64,000 nt of DNA from positions 5,458,001 to 5,522,000 of the forward strand of contig CM075998.1 in assembly GCA_038087875.1 (NCBI GenBank), written 5' to 3'. Below the pieces are notes generated by a model that saw nothing but the letters and a program-made list of their open reading frames with translations, was not told where the DNA came from and did not search any database. Positions 12,511 to 25,529 of the stretch are shown in pieces (position 1 is the stretch's first letter; each line of letters opens with the position of its first letter). A program made the translations under genes and the position numbers. The stretch is from Malacoraja senta (Eukaryota).

Positions 12511-13150
12511 TATATATATAAATATATATATATGCATATATTTATATGCATATATTTATATGTATATATGCATATATTTATATGTAATTCTATATATAAT
12601 TGCCTTTATGGTTTATGTACATCATCTGACAAATAAGATAGAGTGTAATAGTAATGCTTTAAATCAGTTGCTTCTGATCCATGAGAAGGAAATGTATTTA
12701 TCTCTAACTTGCCTCTCACACACAGGCACACACAAACACACATTCATATATATATATAAGTTAAATTTAATTTTGTGCAGTGTGTGTTAAAGCATTACAA
12801 GGGAAACTGCACAATACAATGCAAGGGAAACTATGCAAAGGAGGGGGCTGGGGAGGAAAGATGGGAGGGAAATGGGGGAAAATATTAACAATAAAATTAA
12901 CTAAAATATGTGAGGTGATAGACGAGCTATATCAAACACTGTTCCCTGATGAGCTATATCAAACACTGATTACACTGATCACACCAAAGATGATAGAGCG
13001 GATTACACCAAAGATCATACACTGCGGGAGGCATAACGGAAGTCGCGCTTTGCATTGACAAATGGCGGCCGTGACGTTCCGTTACATACTACACCTCAGT
13101 GCGTTGGTTTACGTAGGAGTGGAGTATCTTGCTCCGCTCTATAATTTTTG

Positions 13151-13752
13151 GTGGAGACGGTGGGCCTGGTGCTGAGCCTGGGACTCGGGTAATGTGGAGA
13201 CGGTGGGCCCAATGCTGAGCCTGGGACTCGAGTACGGCAACGGCTGCGGCCCGCTGGTGGACGGTGGAGTGGCGAGGGTCGCTGGTGGGGGCCCGCGGGG
13301 GAGTGGAGTCCGGGTCAGCGTACGAAGTGTCAATAGTCCCGGTTAGCGGCGGTGGGAAGTCGATGGCAGCGGCGGTGGTGGTCCATGGAAGGTGGTGAAG
13401 GTCGAAGGCAGCAGCAGCTTTGGTGATCCGGGCCTGGGATCGGCCAGGAAACCGGTGAGGATCGGACAGGCGGTGTGCAGGTGCTGCTCCTCGTGGCAGC
13501 ATTGGCGTTGCGGGTCTCGGCCTCGTGGTGGGCAGGCAGGCGGCGTGGTCCAGCGATGGAACCACGGGCGGTCGATTCGAGGAGTGTCGGTGGAGGGACT
13601 GGTCTGGAGGCGGGCAAGCTTGTGATCCTTGGTAGAGTCAAGGTCGGAGAGGATGCGTTTGTTGAGGGCATGGATCTGACATCGAATGAAGTGAGTGAGG
13701 CCCGGAACTGGGGAGAGTCAGAGCGAGGGACTGCTGGTGCTGGCGCATCACA
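13151..13752 (-). mobile_element. Penelope-like retroelement, upstream part continuing 5921-8064
   Basis: GC-rich sequence that joins the 8064 flank through the duplicated GTGGAGAC. Confidence 0.6.
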
Positions 13753-15012
13753 GCTAGACAGGTACATGGATCGGACAGGTTTGGAGGAATATGGGCCAAG
13801 CGCAGGCAGTGCACTAGTGTAGCTGGGACATTGTTGGCCGGTGTGGCCAAGTTGGACCGAAGGGCCTGTTTCCACGCTCTATCACTCTATGCTTCTCTCT
13901 CCACAGATGCTGCCTGACCTGCTGAGTGTTCCCAACATTTCCTGATTTTCTTTTGGAATTTCATAAACGTCCACTTACCCTGAACTTTGCTTTTATCCAG
14001 CTTCCTGTTGAATAATCTCCTTTATGGAGAGTACAAGGAGCACTACACACTAGCTTCCACTTTGTTAAAGTTGAAATTTTCCAAAAGACTGTACAATCAT
14101 TAATGTTTCTACACATATTAAAATGAAATGCAAAATATATTTTCAAATTATTAAAAGCAATGTCGCTATATTTTCTACTGCCAGTGAAATATGTGTGTAA
14201 CATCAATGTGTTATATTTCCATTTCCTAAAGTTCGGAACACCATGTTTCTGTAAAGCGACTGAGGCAGTCACCGCTGTCTACTTTTTTTTAAACCAAAAA
14301 TAATTTAATCCATTATTTACAATAATATGTACAGTATGAAATAAATTTAAAAAAACACCACCATAATACAAGTCAAACAAATATGCTAAATAAACTACTG
14401 AAAAGCTTTTGAGAAACATATACACTAGATGCACAGGCGGTTAGGATGAATAGACCATAGCTGCAGGTGTAGGCCATTTGGCACTTTGAGCCAGCACCGC
14501 CATTCAATGTGATCATGGCTGAATGCCAGGACAGGCATGATTATGGGACCCCATGACCAAAGGGAGATTAGGACGACAGTCGTAGCTCTTAGCATCTCTA
14601 CTCCAACCCACAAAATCCATTTGGTCATACTTGTAGATGAATCCCACTGAAATATTAACCCGTTATCTTTTCAGTTGCAGCTAGACCAGATATACATTTT
14701 TAATATTCTTTGCATGCAATGAATAGTTGCGAGTTAACCCAACTCCAGTGCAAGCAAACTTCAGTTACAACCAGACCCGTGGAGCCTGGAGGCTTGATTT
14801 CTCTCCCAATTGCAAATGGCATCACATGGTCCCGCAACTCGTGGAATGAGTAACGTAGTTGAAATCGCCACGTTTTTTTCCCCGCAGCACATCCCATACC
14901 CGTACCCTCTGCCCTCAGGAAGAACAAGGCCATCAGGTGCACAGGAAAACATCCCCTTCGTACCACAGAAGACTGTGGAGGCCACGTCAATGGATATTTT
15001 TACGGTGGAGAT

Positions 15013-15357
15013 CAGGCACGGAAATCGCTGTCAAAACACGCGAGGGACACAATTTCTTGGCTGCCACGCGCGCGCAAGTGCATACACACACGCTCACACG
15101 CGCATGCATGCGCACACACGTGAGGCTTCGGCCGTGGGCTTGAATCGGCCTGTTCACGGGGTCTTTCATCGACCGGCAGGGGCTTCAACATCGGGTGCCT
15201 TGATCGCCTTGATGCAGCAGTTTGATGCAGCCGCACCAGGCGCTGAAAGGCCCCGCGAATGGGCCAATTCAGCCCTTAGAAAGCGGCTGATAAAGTCCGG
15301 ATGACAAAAGCGGAGGGGCATGTGTCCCCGTCCCCCCCCCAGGATTTCCGCCCCCTG
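15013..15357. mobile_element. hAT-type MITE
   Basis: Imperfect TIRs CAGGCACGGAAATC / GATTTCCGCCCCCTG. 8-bp TSD GTGGAGAT (15005-15012, 15358-15365). Inserted in a CR1 tail. Confidence 0.8.
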
Positions 15358-15414
15358 GTGGAGATAGATAGATTCTTGATCAGTGCGGTTGTCAGAGGTC
15401 AAAAAAAAAAATCT

Positions 15415-16080
15415 CTTCCCTGCACGGGAGACCCGACCTTTTCCCTGTCGGGTCTCCGTTGTCGTTGGGGCCTAGCTCCGTGGAGCGGCCTCCGACCGGG
15501 ACGACCTGGGGGCTCCAGTTGCAGAGCCTGTGGAGCTGCAGACTTACCATCGTGGGGCTGGCCGGCCTCGGAGCGCGGGGAGCGGTGGTGACTCGTTGCT
15601 GCTCACTCCGGAGCTCCAGCTGCAGACCGGTGGACAGTGATATCGGGAGCTCGCGGGTCCGGGTGAGAGACCGCTTTCCGGAGCTCCCGCAACGCAACTT
15701 CTCCCGCCCGAGTCGCGGGGTTGGAACGACCCGGAGCGGGGCCGTAAATCGCCCGGCGCGGCTTAAAGCCGCGGGACATTCCAGCGCCCAACTTGGTGAC
15801 TTTTGGACTGGAGCGGGGCCGTACACCGCCCTGCGCGGCCTCAACGGCCGTGGGACTTAACATTGCCCGTCTGGGGCTTCAACATCGGGAGAAAAATGGT
15901 GCAGGGGAGAGAAAAGACTTTGCCTTCCATCACAGTGAGGAGGAGATTCACTGTGATGGATGTTTTTCTGTAAATTGAATTGTTTGTGTGTCGTGTAGGA
16001 ATTGTTTTGTTTGTATGGCTGTGGAAACGGAGTTTCGTTTGAGCCTCTTTGAGGTTCAAATGACAAGAATAAAATCAATG
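15415..16080 (+). mobile_element. Unclassified GC-rich SINE-like non-LTR repeat
   Basis: GC-rich body then CCTTCCATCACAGTGAGG and a LINE-like tail. A related copy lies on the minus strand at about 51400-52130. Confidence 0.5.
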
Positions 16081-17433
16081 AAAGTTATGGAGAGAAGGCA
16101 GGAGAATGGGGTTGAGGGGGAGAGATAAATCAGCCATGATTGAATGGCGGAGTAAACTTGATGGGCCGAATGGCCTAAGTTTGCTCCTGTCACTTACGAT
16201 CATCACCATCCTTGGGTCAAAATCAACATGCTCTGTTTGAAGATGGCAAAAGCCCGGCATTTGTGCTGTGTAAATGTTACTTTACCACATTTATCAGCCC
16301 AAGCCTGGAGGTTGTCTTGGTCTTGCTTTATGCAGGCATGGACGGCTTTATTTCCTGAAGACTTCTGAATGGAATTGCGCATTGCGCAGTCATCAGCAAG
16401 GAACCTCACTTCTGTCTTTGCACCAAAGGGAAGGTCCGTCAAAATGCCCATTCACAAACTGAAATTTTGACACGAGACAGCCGGTCTAGCAACGGAACAA
16501 GCAATGTCCCTTTTTAGGCTGTCATTCTGATGTTTGCAGTCAAATATAGTCAAATGTAGTCAAATATAGTTCAAACATGCCTGCTGGTGATATCAGGTAC
16601 ATTCCAGCCTCTGCCACTTACTTACAGATACATACGCCGACCAGTGAAAGATTGTCACAGAGGAATGTTTAAATAAAGGCAAGATTAATGGCTCAATCAA
16701 TGTACCACGCCAACGCAGGTCCTTCCTCTTTCCTCCGCAAAATAAAATGGGACACAAAAGTCAGGAAGCATCTTTCTTTTTTATTCTTGTAAAAGTAAAA
16801 CATTTGCATGCACATATAGAAAAAGAACAATACACAGTCAGACAACATACTGAAGCTCACCCTTGAGTTCACTGCCAATAATCTGTAGTAAGGCTATCGC
16901 ATCCATTCTTAAAACAATTGCCATTCCCTTGTTGTCCATATCACAGATCCAAGGAGTTTAAGAAAGAACTGCAGATGCTGGAAAAATCGAAGGTAGGCAA
17001 AAATGCTGGAGAAACTCAGCGGGTGAGGCAGCATCTATGGAGCGAAGGAATAGGTGACGTTTCGGGTCGAGACCCGAAACGTCGCCTATTCCTTCGCTCC
17101 ATAGATGCTGCCTCACCCGCCGAGTTTCTCCAGCATTTTTGTCCACCACAGAACAAAACGGAACACCACAGAATGATACCACGTGTACCATTGCTCTTAG
17201 TTAGTGCAATCTAAAACTAAACCCACTGCTCTGCACTTTCACCAATACCCCAGAACTTCCTTTTGATTTAAGGCTCGTACTTAAAAGGTACAATGATCGC
17301 CTTACCATGGGCACAAAGAATTTCAGCTCTGCACTCAGTGATGTTGTCAATCAGGGTTAGACGGTGGCGTTTTGTGAATGGAGTCAAGTTATTTCTCCTT
17401 CCATAACCTCCAATGCTACCACTTGGTCAACTC

Positions 17434-17993
17434 AATAGACAATAAACAATAGGTGCAGGAGTAGGCCATTCGGCCCTTCGAGCCAGCACCACCATTCAAC
17501 GTGATCATGGCTGATCATCCACAATCAGTACCTCGTTCCTGCCTTCTCCCCATATCCCGACTCCGCTATCTTTAAGGGCCCTCTCTCTTTAAAGTATCCA
17601 GAGAACTGGCCTCCACTGCCCTCTGAGGCAGAGAATTCCACAGACTCACAACTCTCTGTGAGAAAAAGTGTTTCCTCGTCTCCGTTCTAAATGGCGTACC
17701 CCTTATTCTTAAACTGTGGCCCCTGGTTCTGGACTCCCCCAACATCGGGAACATGTTTCCTGCCTCTAGTGTGTCCAAACCCTTAACAATCTTATATGTT
17801 TCAATAAGATTCCCTCTCATCCTTCTAAACTCCAGAGTATACAAGCCCAGCTGCTCCATTCTCTCAGCATATGACAGTCCCGCCATCCCGGAAATGAACC
17901 TTGTAAACCTACGCTGCACTCCCTCAATAGCAAGAATGTCCTTCCTCAAATTAGGGGACCAAAACTGCACACAATACTCCAGGTGTGGTCTCA
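17434..17993 (-). mobile_element. CR1 LINE 3' fragment
   Basis: QFWSPNLRKDILAIEGVQRRFTR...ESRTRGHSLRIRG, with a CR1 tail. Confidence 0.9.
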
Positions 17994-18511
17994 GTCTCTA
18001 TATCTATTCTATATGTGCATGCATTAACTCCCGGGGAACTTGTGAAAGGTTTAGATTTGTTTACCCAACGATTGATTGGAACCAACAATCCAAACATTTG
18101 ACTGGAGATTTGAACATCCATAAGAAATATGAGCATGCCATCCAGCTCCTTGTCCCTGCTCCACATTCTAAATGAACCGGCCACCATCTCAATCTCATTT
18201 GCTGCCACTACCTGGATTTGCCCCGGTGCCTTTCATTTTCAAGCATCCTCAACCTAACATTTGAGCATAAGTGTCTGCGCATTCACAGCCTTCTAGGGTA
18301 GTTTAAAGGATTCACCACCATTTAAGTTAAAACAAATATCTCCTCATTTCAGTACTAAAAGACCTACCCCATATCCTGATCCCACGAGCCGGCCATCTGG
18401 ATTCCCCAGCAATCTGCCAGCATCTACCCTATTAAGCCTAACAGAATGTTATTATCTTTGAAGGTGTTCTTCTAAATTCTAAGGAATATATATACACACA
18501 CACACACAATC

Positions 18512-19730
18512 ATAGAAACATCGAAAAATAGGTGCTGGAGTAGGCCATTCGGCCCTTCGAGCCAGCACCGCCATTCAATGTGATCATGGCTGATCATCTA
18601 AAATTAGTATCCCGTTCCTGCCTTCTCCCCATATCCCTTGATTCCCTTAGCCCTAAGAGCTAAATATAACTCTCTCTTGAAAACATCCAGTGAATTGACC
18701 TCCACCGCCCACCATGGCAGAGAATTCCACAGATTCACAACTCTCTGCGTAAGAACTTTTTCCTCATCTCAGTCCTAAATGGCCTGCCCCTTATTCTTAA
18801 ACTGTGTCCCCTGGTTCTGGACTCCCCCAACATCGGAAACATTTTTCCTGCATCTAGCCTGTCCAATCCTTTAAGAATGTTATATGTTTCTATAAGATAC
18901 CCTCTCATCCTTCTAAATTCCAGTGAATACAAGCCCAGTCGCCCCATTCTTTCATCATATGTCAGTCCCGCCATCCTGGGAATTAACCTGCTGAACCTAC
19001 ACTGCACTCCCTCAATAGCAATAATGTCCTTCCTCAAATTAGGAGACCAAAATTGCCCACATTACTCCAGGTGTGGTCTCACCAGGGCCCTGTACAACTG
19101 CTGAAGGACCTCTTTGCTCCTAAACTCAAATCCTCTCGCAATGAAGGCCAACATGCCATTAGCTTTCTTCACTGCCTGCTGTACCTGCATGCTTACTTTC
19201 TGTGACTGATGTACAAGGACACCCAGGTCTTGTTGCACCTCCCCTTTTCCTAATCTGACGCGTTCAGATAATAATCTGCCTTCCTGTTCTTGCCACCAAA
19301 GTGGATGACCTCACATTTATCCACATTATACTGCATCTGTCCACTCACCCAACCTATCCATGTCACCCTGCTGCCTCATAGCATCCTCATCGCAGCTCAC
19401 ACTGCCACCCAGCTTTGTGTCATCCGCAAACTTGGAGATGTCACATTTAATTCCCTCGTCTAAATCGTCAATATATATTGTAAATAACTGGGGTCCCAGC
19501 ACCGAGCCTTGCGGCACCCCACTATTCACTGCCTGCCATTCTGAAAAGGACCCGTTAATTCCTACTCTTTGCTTCCTGTCTGCCAACCAGTTCTCTATCC
19601 ATGTCAATACCCTACCCCCAATACCATGTGCTCTAATTTTGCACACTAATCTCGTGTGTGGGATCTTGTCAAAGGCTTTTTGAAAGTCCAGATACACCAC
19701 ATCCACTGGCTCTCCCTGATCCATTCTACT
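18512..19730 (-). mobile_element. CR1 LINE (RT and C-terminal part)
   Basis: YLDFQKAFD, SGVPQGSVLGP, KFADDTK, ESRTRGHSL. Confidence 0.93.
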
Positions 19731-19739
19731 TGATCAACT

Positions 19740-22700
19740 CAACTTGTCCTCATAGAACAATATTGTATCCCAGGAACCAGTCTGTTGACTCTTTACTCAA
19801 CTCCCGTCAAAGAAAGAGACCAAAGCTGTGCGTTTTACGCCAGGTTTATAAACGGGACACTCTACTCCTAGGTTAATCTGTTCAAAGGTAAAATGAGCCC
19901 AACAGCAGGAGTTTGAACGATCTGACCGCCAGAACAATTCGCCAGAGATTTTGCTCTCATATTGTCTGCTGTGTATTATCCTTTGCACAATAAATAACTA
20001 TCACACATGGAATAGTTAATGCAAGCAGAGGCAGAAAGATTAAACATCAATTAGAGTGAATGTTGCCATCATACAAGCACCTAATGACTTTCTATTAACA
20101 TTTCCATCTCCTATTTTTACGAGAGTTAGCCCATTTACTTCACATGTGCTAATGCCTCCATTATAACAGCACGCAGAGAGGAACGCAATAAGGAACGGTG
20201 AAGCAGTCTTGCGTCTTTGGCGCAGTGATTTCACGTTGACAAAGAAGGCCCCTGGATTTCTATCCTCAAAAATCCTAATAATCATAATGTTTGGGCATAA
20301 CTACAGTGAATAGTGGCAGAGGGAAGATCACTAGAACCAATATATTCCTGATGCACTGGTAAGCCATAAGCAGACATGAACTAATTCTTATCAAAAAAAG
20401 CAACAGTTTAAAGCAAGCAGCGACAATTGATAATCTTACATTCTCTACATGAAAAATACATAGAAACATGAATTTGTACATTTTCATTGCATGAAACCAC
20501 ACCGCATTTCTCAATTATATCATTACATTGCTGTTTCTCTTAAGTGGTTAATATTTTGAAATCCTATCATCATATCATTGTCTGGCATGTCACTGTGGTG
20601 TTTAATATGGAGTTATGGGAAATTTACTGATACAAACATGGAAATTGGTAAAATCCATCGAGTCAATTTTGGACCACACGTCTAATCACCTTCTGATGCA
20701 CTACGGAATCAGATGGTGACTAAGACAGTGCCCAGTCTCAATATTGGGAGCTGGAATGGATGGGATGTGGATACTGGTGAATAATTCTTAATTTTAGAAT
20801 ATTTGTTTTCTGAAGTCTGTCACTCCATAGAGGCTTTTGCTCGGTTGAGGTTCGATGATACGTCCAGTGTCTTCTCCTTGCTTGAAGAGCATGATGCACG
20901 TTTGTGACTCATGTACGCTGTTACTGTGGCCATCGCCACATTGCCATACCTTTCTCATCTTCAACACAGCCATCTCCCGCGTCTCTAAGGCTCTCCTGTA
21001 ATTCCCCGTGCTCTATTCATTCTACAATTGAGGAGCTTGTATTGTGGCAGTCAAACAGTACTCACTGAAGGCCGTTGAAAGGCTGATAACATTTGCGGGA
21101 AGACCTGCTGTGGGGGAGAAAAAGGCTCCATTGCATGCATTTTTTTTCTTTTTGCCGCATTGCATTGCTTTTAGCCTGTGCTGCATTGTGCCAATGAGGC
21201 ATGGGCGAACAAAATAAATGCAATCCGGTGTAATGCCATTGGAGTTGTAACTGCCAATTTCCTTTGCGCTTCTGCGTCCATGTTCCTTTGGCGAACTCTG
21301 CTGTTAAATGCCGCTTAGTTTTTTCTTGAGCTGAAACCGTGGCAATTAATCAGTGCTTGGAATCATCAAGCGGAATGAAGGCCCTGAAGACAAGGGATGA
21401 AACGCTGCAGCAAACGTCAGAAGCTGCAGGTCAACCATGTGCTGCCGCCCTGCAGTCTGCACACCAGGGAAGATCTCGACATTCATTTCAGCTGCTGACA
21501 AATATTTGTGGGAATGGCAAGCATTGAAAAAGGTCATGGTGGCATTGCTTTTGCACCGTGCCATATTAAAAGCCAAAGGCCAGTCCTGCTTTCATTGCAA
21601 TCACACGCAGGGCAAGGCTGTTTGCAGATGTATTTCAAAAATCTTGTAGAAACGGGGAGGATTGAATGAGCAGCTTATGCATGGACTGACAATCACCGGT
21701 AGCTATGGCCATGGGGAGATTATATTTACCATCAGGAGGTGCAAATGGAATGGTATATGGCTGTCATCCTCAGCAACACCAGGACATTTCCTTCTTGAAA
21801 GATATTTTTGCCAATGGCTCCTTAAAATAAATTCTCTCGCTGCCGTGGGAAAGAAAGGTACCAGTTTGGGATAGTCCGCTGGCAATTTGCCTAACACAGG
21901 CATGAGCTAAACACAAAGCAGAAATGGATGAAGATGAAGGCCAAGTTGGGTATGAAGCATCATAAGCTGGGTATGAACGAACAGTTATCATAGATGACTG
22001 CTTGAGTTAACGGTTTTCATTTATTTGCAAAGCATTCACTTTATGTTTTGACAGTTACTTTAAGATGATCTTTTTTTTAAAGCTATACTCCTTGTGCAGG
22101 TTTGCAAGAGAGGGTTGCATTTGGAAAAGCAGCCTTTGTATTGAAAATGGAGAAACAGTTTAAAGCCGCACCTTAAAGTCCACAAAATATTGTGCGCTAT
22201 GCACCAGTTAAAATGAATCTGCGTTCAAGAAGATGTAGTCCAAGCGGCATGAGGATAACATTTTATTTTCAGAGGTAAATTCATACGTAACACGAATTTA
22301 CCCACTTCAGCCGAACACAACTCACGTGAAGGTCGTTGCCATTCTCTGTCATCTTGTCGTTCTTCACACACACAGCCAGACAGTAGGCCGTTCGTGGGCT
22401 GAACAGCCTAGTGGGCTGTTCGTCCATGGCGACATCTCGGCCAAAACCATTCCAAATCAATTTTAGACACAGAGCCCTCTTAACAAAGCCCCTATTTACC
22501 AAAAACATAGCCTGGTTCCATTCCACATTTGACAGAGCATTTGCCAAATGAACCAGAAGGGCGTCCATCTTTTTTCTCTCCCCATTGTCTTGGGGAGAGA
22601 AAAACAAAAATCAGCTCCGTGTATTCTAATCAGACGAGACACTTCCTGCATAACAATCCAGAATGCAACATCCTCAACTGGGATTGTGTGCATTTACAGA

Positions 22701-24888
22701 CTAGTTCAGCTACACTACTCTCCAATATGCGTTCTGCTGCCTCTAGAGGGGACGTGCAGTGCAAAGGTCAACTTTCAACAAGATCAACATTTTTAAGGCT
22801 TAGGTGAGACCGCTTCTGTTAAGTGTGAAGAATGAACAGCCCAGTCATCAAAGAAAATAAATTATATTGGGGCAAAATGTCAAACAATCAGAGATGGAAA
22901 TAAAACAATTGCTATTAATGGGAATTCATTCCTTTTCGTGCTTATTCTCAGGCAATTTGTTGGGCTAAAGTATATGATTATCCATCCAGCTGAGACCTGG
23001 TTGAATGTGACGCAATGTTGATTCTTTTGGGTAATAAAAATGTCATTCTAATCAAAGGTCGATAGCCAAGACAATAACCCACTTGTGCCTTTGTTCACTT
23101 GAATTTTATGGAAATATTGGCTGTAGTGGACAAGAGTGTAATGTTCTCCATCAATGGCCCAATGCACCATTGGTTCGAGATCAGATGCCCAGTCACCTAA
23201 CCTTGGGCAAAATATGTCACCTCCCCCAATGGGTAGACAGGGGAATGGAAGCCAGGTCAATAAGGTCCTCAGCGAGCCACACAGCTGTTGGTAAGCAGTT
23301 AATGGACAGCATTATCCTGAGGCTTGGGTTTGGGGAATGGTGTTGGGGCAGAGGAGGGAATGGGCCCTGGCTTCAGAACTCAGGAGCCAAGTGTGGTGAC
23401 GGAAAGATACAGGTATGGCTGGGAAGACTGGGAGAGGTTGGAACTGCGATTATGGGAACAGCGTTATTCAGTTAAGAGAAACAGACTATCAAAGATTGAT
23501 TAGTCAATAATTTAAGATCATTAGCTTTTTATTTACCTAATTCTGCACTATTTGAAATATCCAGATGCAACCAAAATATTCCTGTATAAATTGTCAGTTT
23601 TGGTATGAGAACATAGGTCCATTTTACGGGTGACAACCGACGTTTTGTGCCAAAATACAAGTTACAGCAGCACAATTGATTCAGCAAGGATTGCAAACTT
23701 AAAGACCCTCCCCATAATCTCTTCATTGTCCAGTTAGAAATGTTTCATCAAACCCTAACTGACTAAGAATATTCGTGACTGCTTTGTGGATTAGAAACAT
23801 ACTGGGGCTTTTCATCTTCCTAAGAGGGATGGGGAAGGAAGGGATTAGGGAACATTCTTTCGAGTGGAGAGTATATGATGTATAAGGCACTTGAGGTTAC
23901 ATGGTCCTTCACTGTCAATTGATTGTAAGAAAGCATTGATCCAGGTTAGAGGTTAGGAGCTCGCTAGTTCATTTGGTTTTGTGAGGGACTCCTTTGTACT
24001 ATAAAAGTTACAGGGCATTAAACAAGGATATCCACAGTGTGTGTGCCTTGCTGTCAGCTCCCACTCATTGTCCTCTATATATGTTTATAGGAATCCCTTT
24101 CCAACTCAGAAAAGAGTGAAAGGAGCAAGCCGACATTACTTTGAAACAAGTTTCTTTTCAAAGCTGTGCTTTTTGTTTTCAAAGGGAAACAGTGCTCACT
24201 CTTGAAGAACTCCTCCTGCAGGTATTTCAGCAGATTGCATGATTGTCACAAAGCCTATTGCAGTTCAGATCCTCAGTACACAATGTCTTTTGCAAAACAA
24301 AGCATTAACTTAATTCTCAAAGACTTTACAGTGCTTAAGAATGGTCTTAAAAGTCCCCCAACATTAAGATGCTTTCAAACTTTGGTCCAGGGCTGATTTC
24401 GGTTTCCTACTGCCCAACACCAATCCTTGTGCTTTTAAAGAACCTTCTGTCAGTCAAGGTGCAACTTAGCTTTCTGCAAGCAAACCGGGCAAATTAAATA
24501 CAGCCTGGTGTATTCAAGAGCTGGATATCTTAACTAAAGAAAGGTTGTCCTCCAAAATGCCATCTACCAAAGCAAACATTTGATGAAAATCTTCCTTTAA
24601 GGCTGCAACGATGAATCGTGTTGTCTTGCTGTGGTTACCTCCAGAGCACTGCCACTTCCTGTTCCTGGAGGCCACCCAAGCTGAGGACTATTCACAGCGT
24701 TCACTTTGACAAACTTAAGCCTCCGCTTGAGAAAAATCTTCTGAAGAAAAATCTAAAAAGCCACCCTTTGGATAAGGATCGGATTTGCCCAGAGGAGTCT
24801 TCGCTGGTTGGCAAGCAGACGTTGGGGTCTCAAGTTTATACCCAGAACAATAGGTGTCAGATCCTTTCACAGAAAGCCTGATGATCCA
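19740..24888 (-). other. Probable long AHR 3' UTR
   Basis: About 5 kb almost free of recognisable repeats immediately after the stop codon. Minus-strand AATAAA at 23528-23533, 22262-22267 and 22020-22025. Confidence 0.5.
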
Positions 24889-24972
24889 TTACTGTGCAGA
24901 GCCATTGCCAAAAATAGGGGTCCCATTCATAGTCGGGTGAAAGCCCAGAATGCCATTGGAATCCTCTGCCAT
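24889..24972 (-). CDS. ahr: Probable AHR last coding exon (exon 11)
   Basis: Polypyrimidine acceptor ttttcttttacAG|, phase 0 matching the exon 10 donor. Encodes MAEDSNGILGFHPTMNGTPIFGNGSAQ* (TAA). NGIL resembles AHR C-termini. Followed by long repeat-poor sequence. Confidence 0.7.
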   Translation of the reverse strand: MAEDSNGILGFHPTMNGTPIFGNGSAQ

Positions 24973-25529
24973 CTGTAAAAGAAAATTGGATAGATGTTAT
25001 CAGAGGGACTTTTATACACCTGCCTCCTACCTGGCCCCATTCACTTTGGAAGGTTAATGACTGAGAAGTTCAACTGGTAGATAAATTAATTTGAATTCAG
25101 ACACTATGAATGTTTGCAATACCTCACTCTTTGCCCACTAAGACTTTTGTCAATCTCATACTGCTGGGGGAAGAGAGAAAGTGCGAGTTGGGCTACAGTA
25201 TGTATGCGGTGGGGATTGTAGGACATGTCCTTGGCATTCCTAACATTTGGAGGAAAGTTACATTAATCTAGAACTGGACATTCGACAAGCAGTGTGGAGG
25301 CAGTGGAAGGGTGGAGAGAGGTGGCGGGGAGATGGCCGTGTTAGTTTACACGTGAAAACTGGAGGTGTGTTTTCAGGTGAAGTTGCCGAAAGGTGGGCAT
25401 GAAGAACATATCCTTGGGAACACCAGAGGTAGCAATAGAGACGCAAAAAGAGAAGCCATTGGTGACCGTTCCCAGGCCGCAACTTGCAGAGGATGGGGCG
25501 GTCAATCGTGTCACAGCCTGAAGAATTTA

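Larger units (their letters stand above)
8065..13150 (+). mobile_element. Non-autonomous P-element-like (THAP) DNA transposon
   Basis: TIRs CAAAGATTATAGA (8065-8077) and TCTATAATTTTTG (13138-13150), 12/13 match. Perfect 8-bp TSD GTGGAGAC (8057-8064, 13151-13158). THAP exon near the left end. Interrupts a Penelope element. Confidence 0.75.

Noticed and set aside
13975..14092. Possible minus-strand exon with a strong donor AGG|GTAAGT
   Set aside because: Weak acceptor and no recognisable protein similarity, so it cannot be supported.
13089..15978. Cluster of 100-180 aa GC-rich ORFs
   Set aside because: They fall within repeats, overlap on both strands and show no domain signatures, so they are likely spurious.
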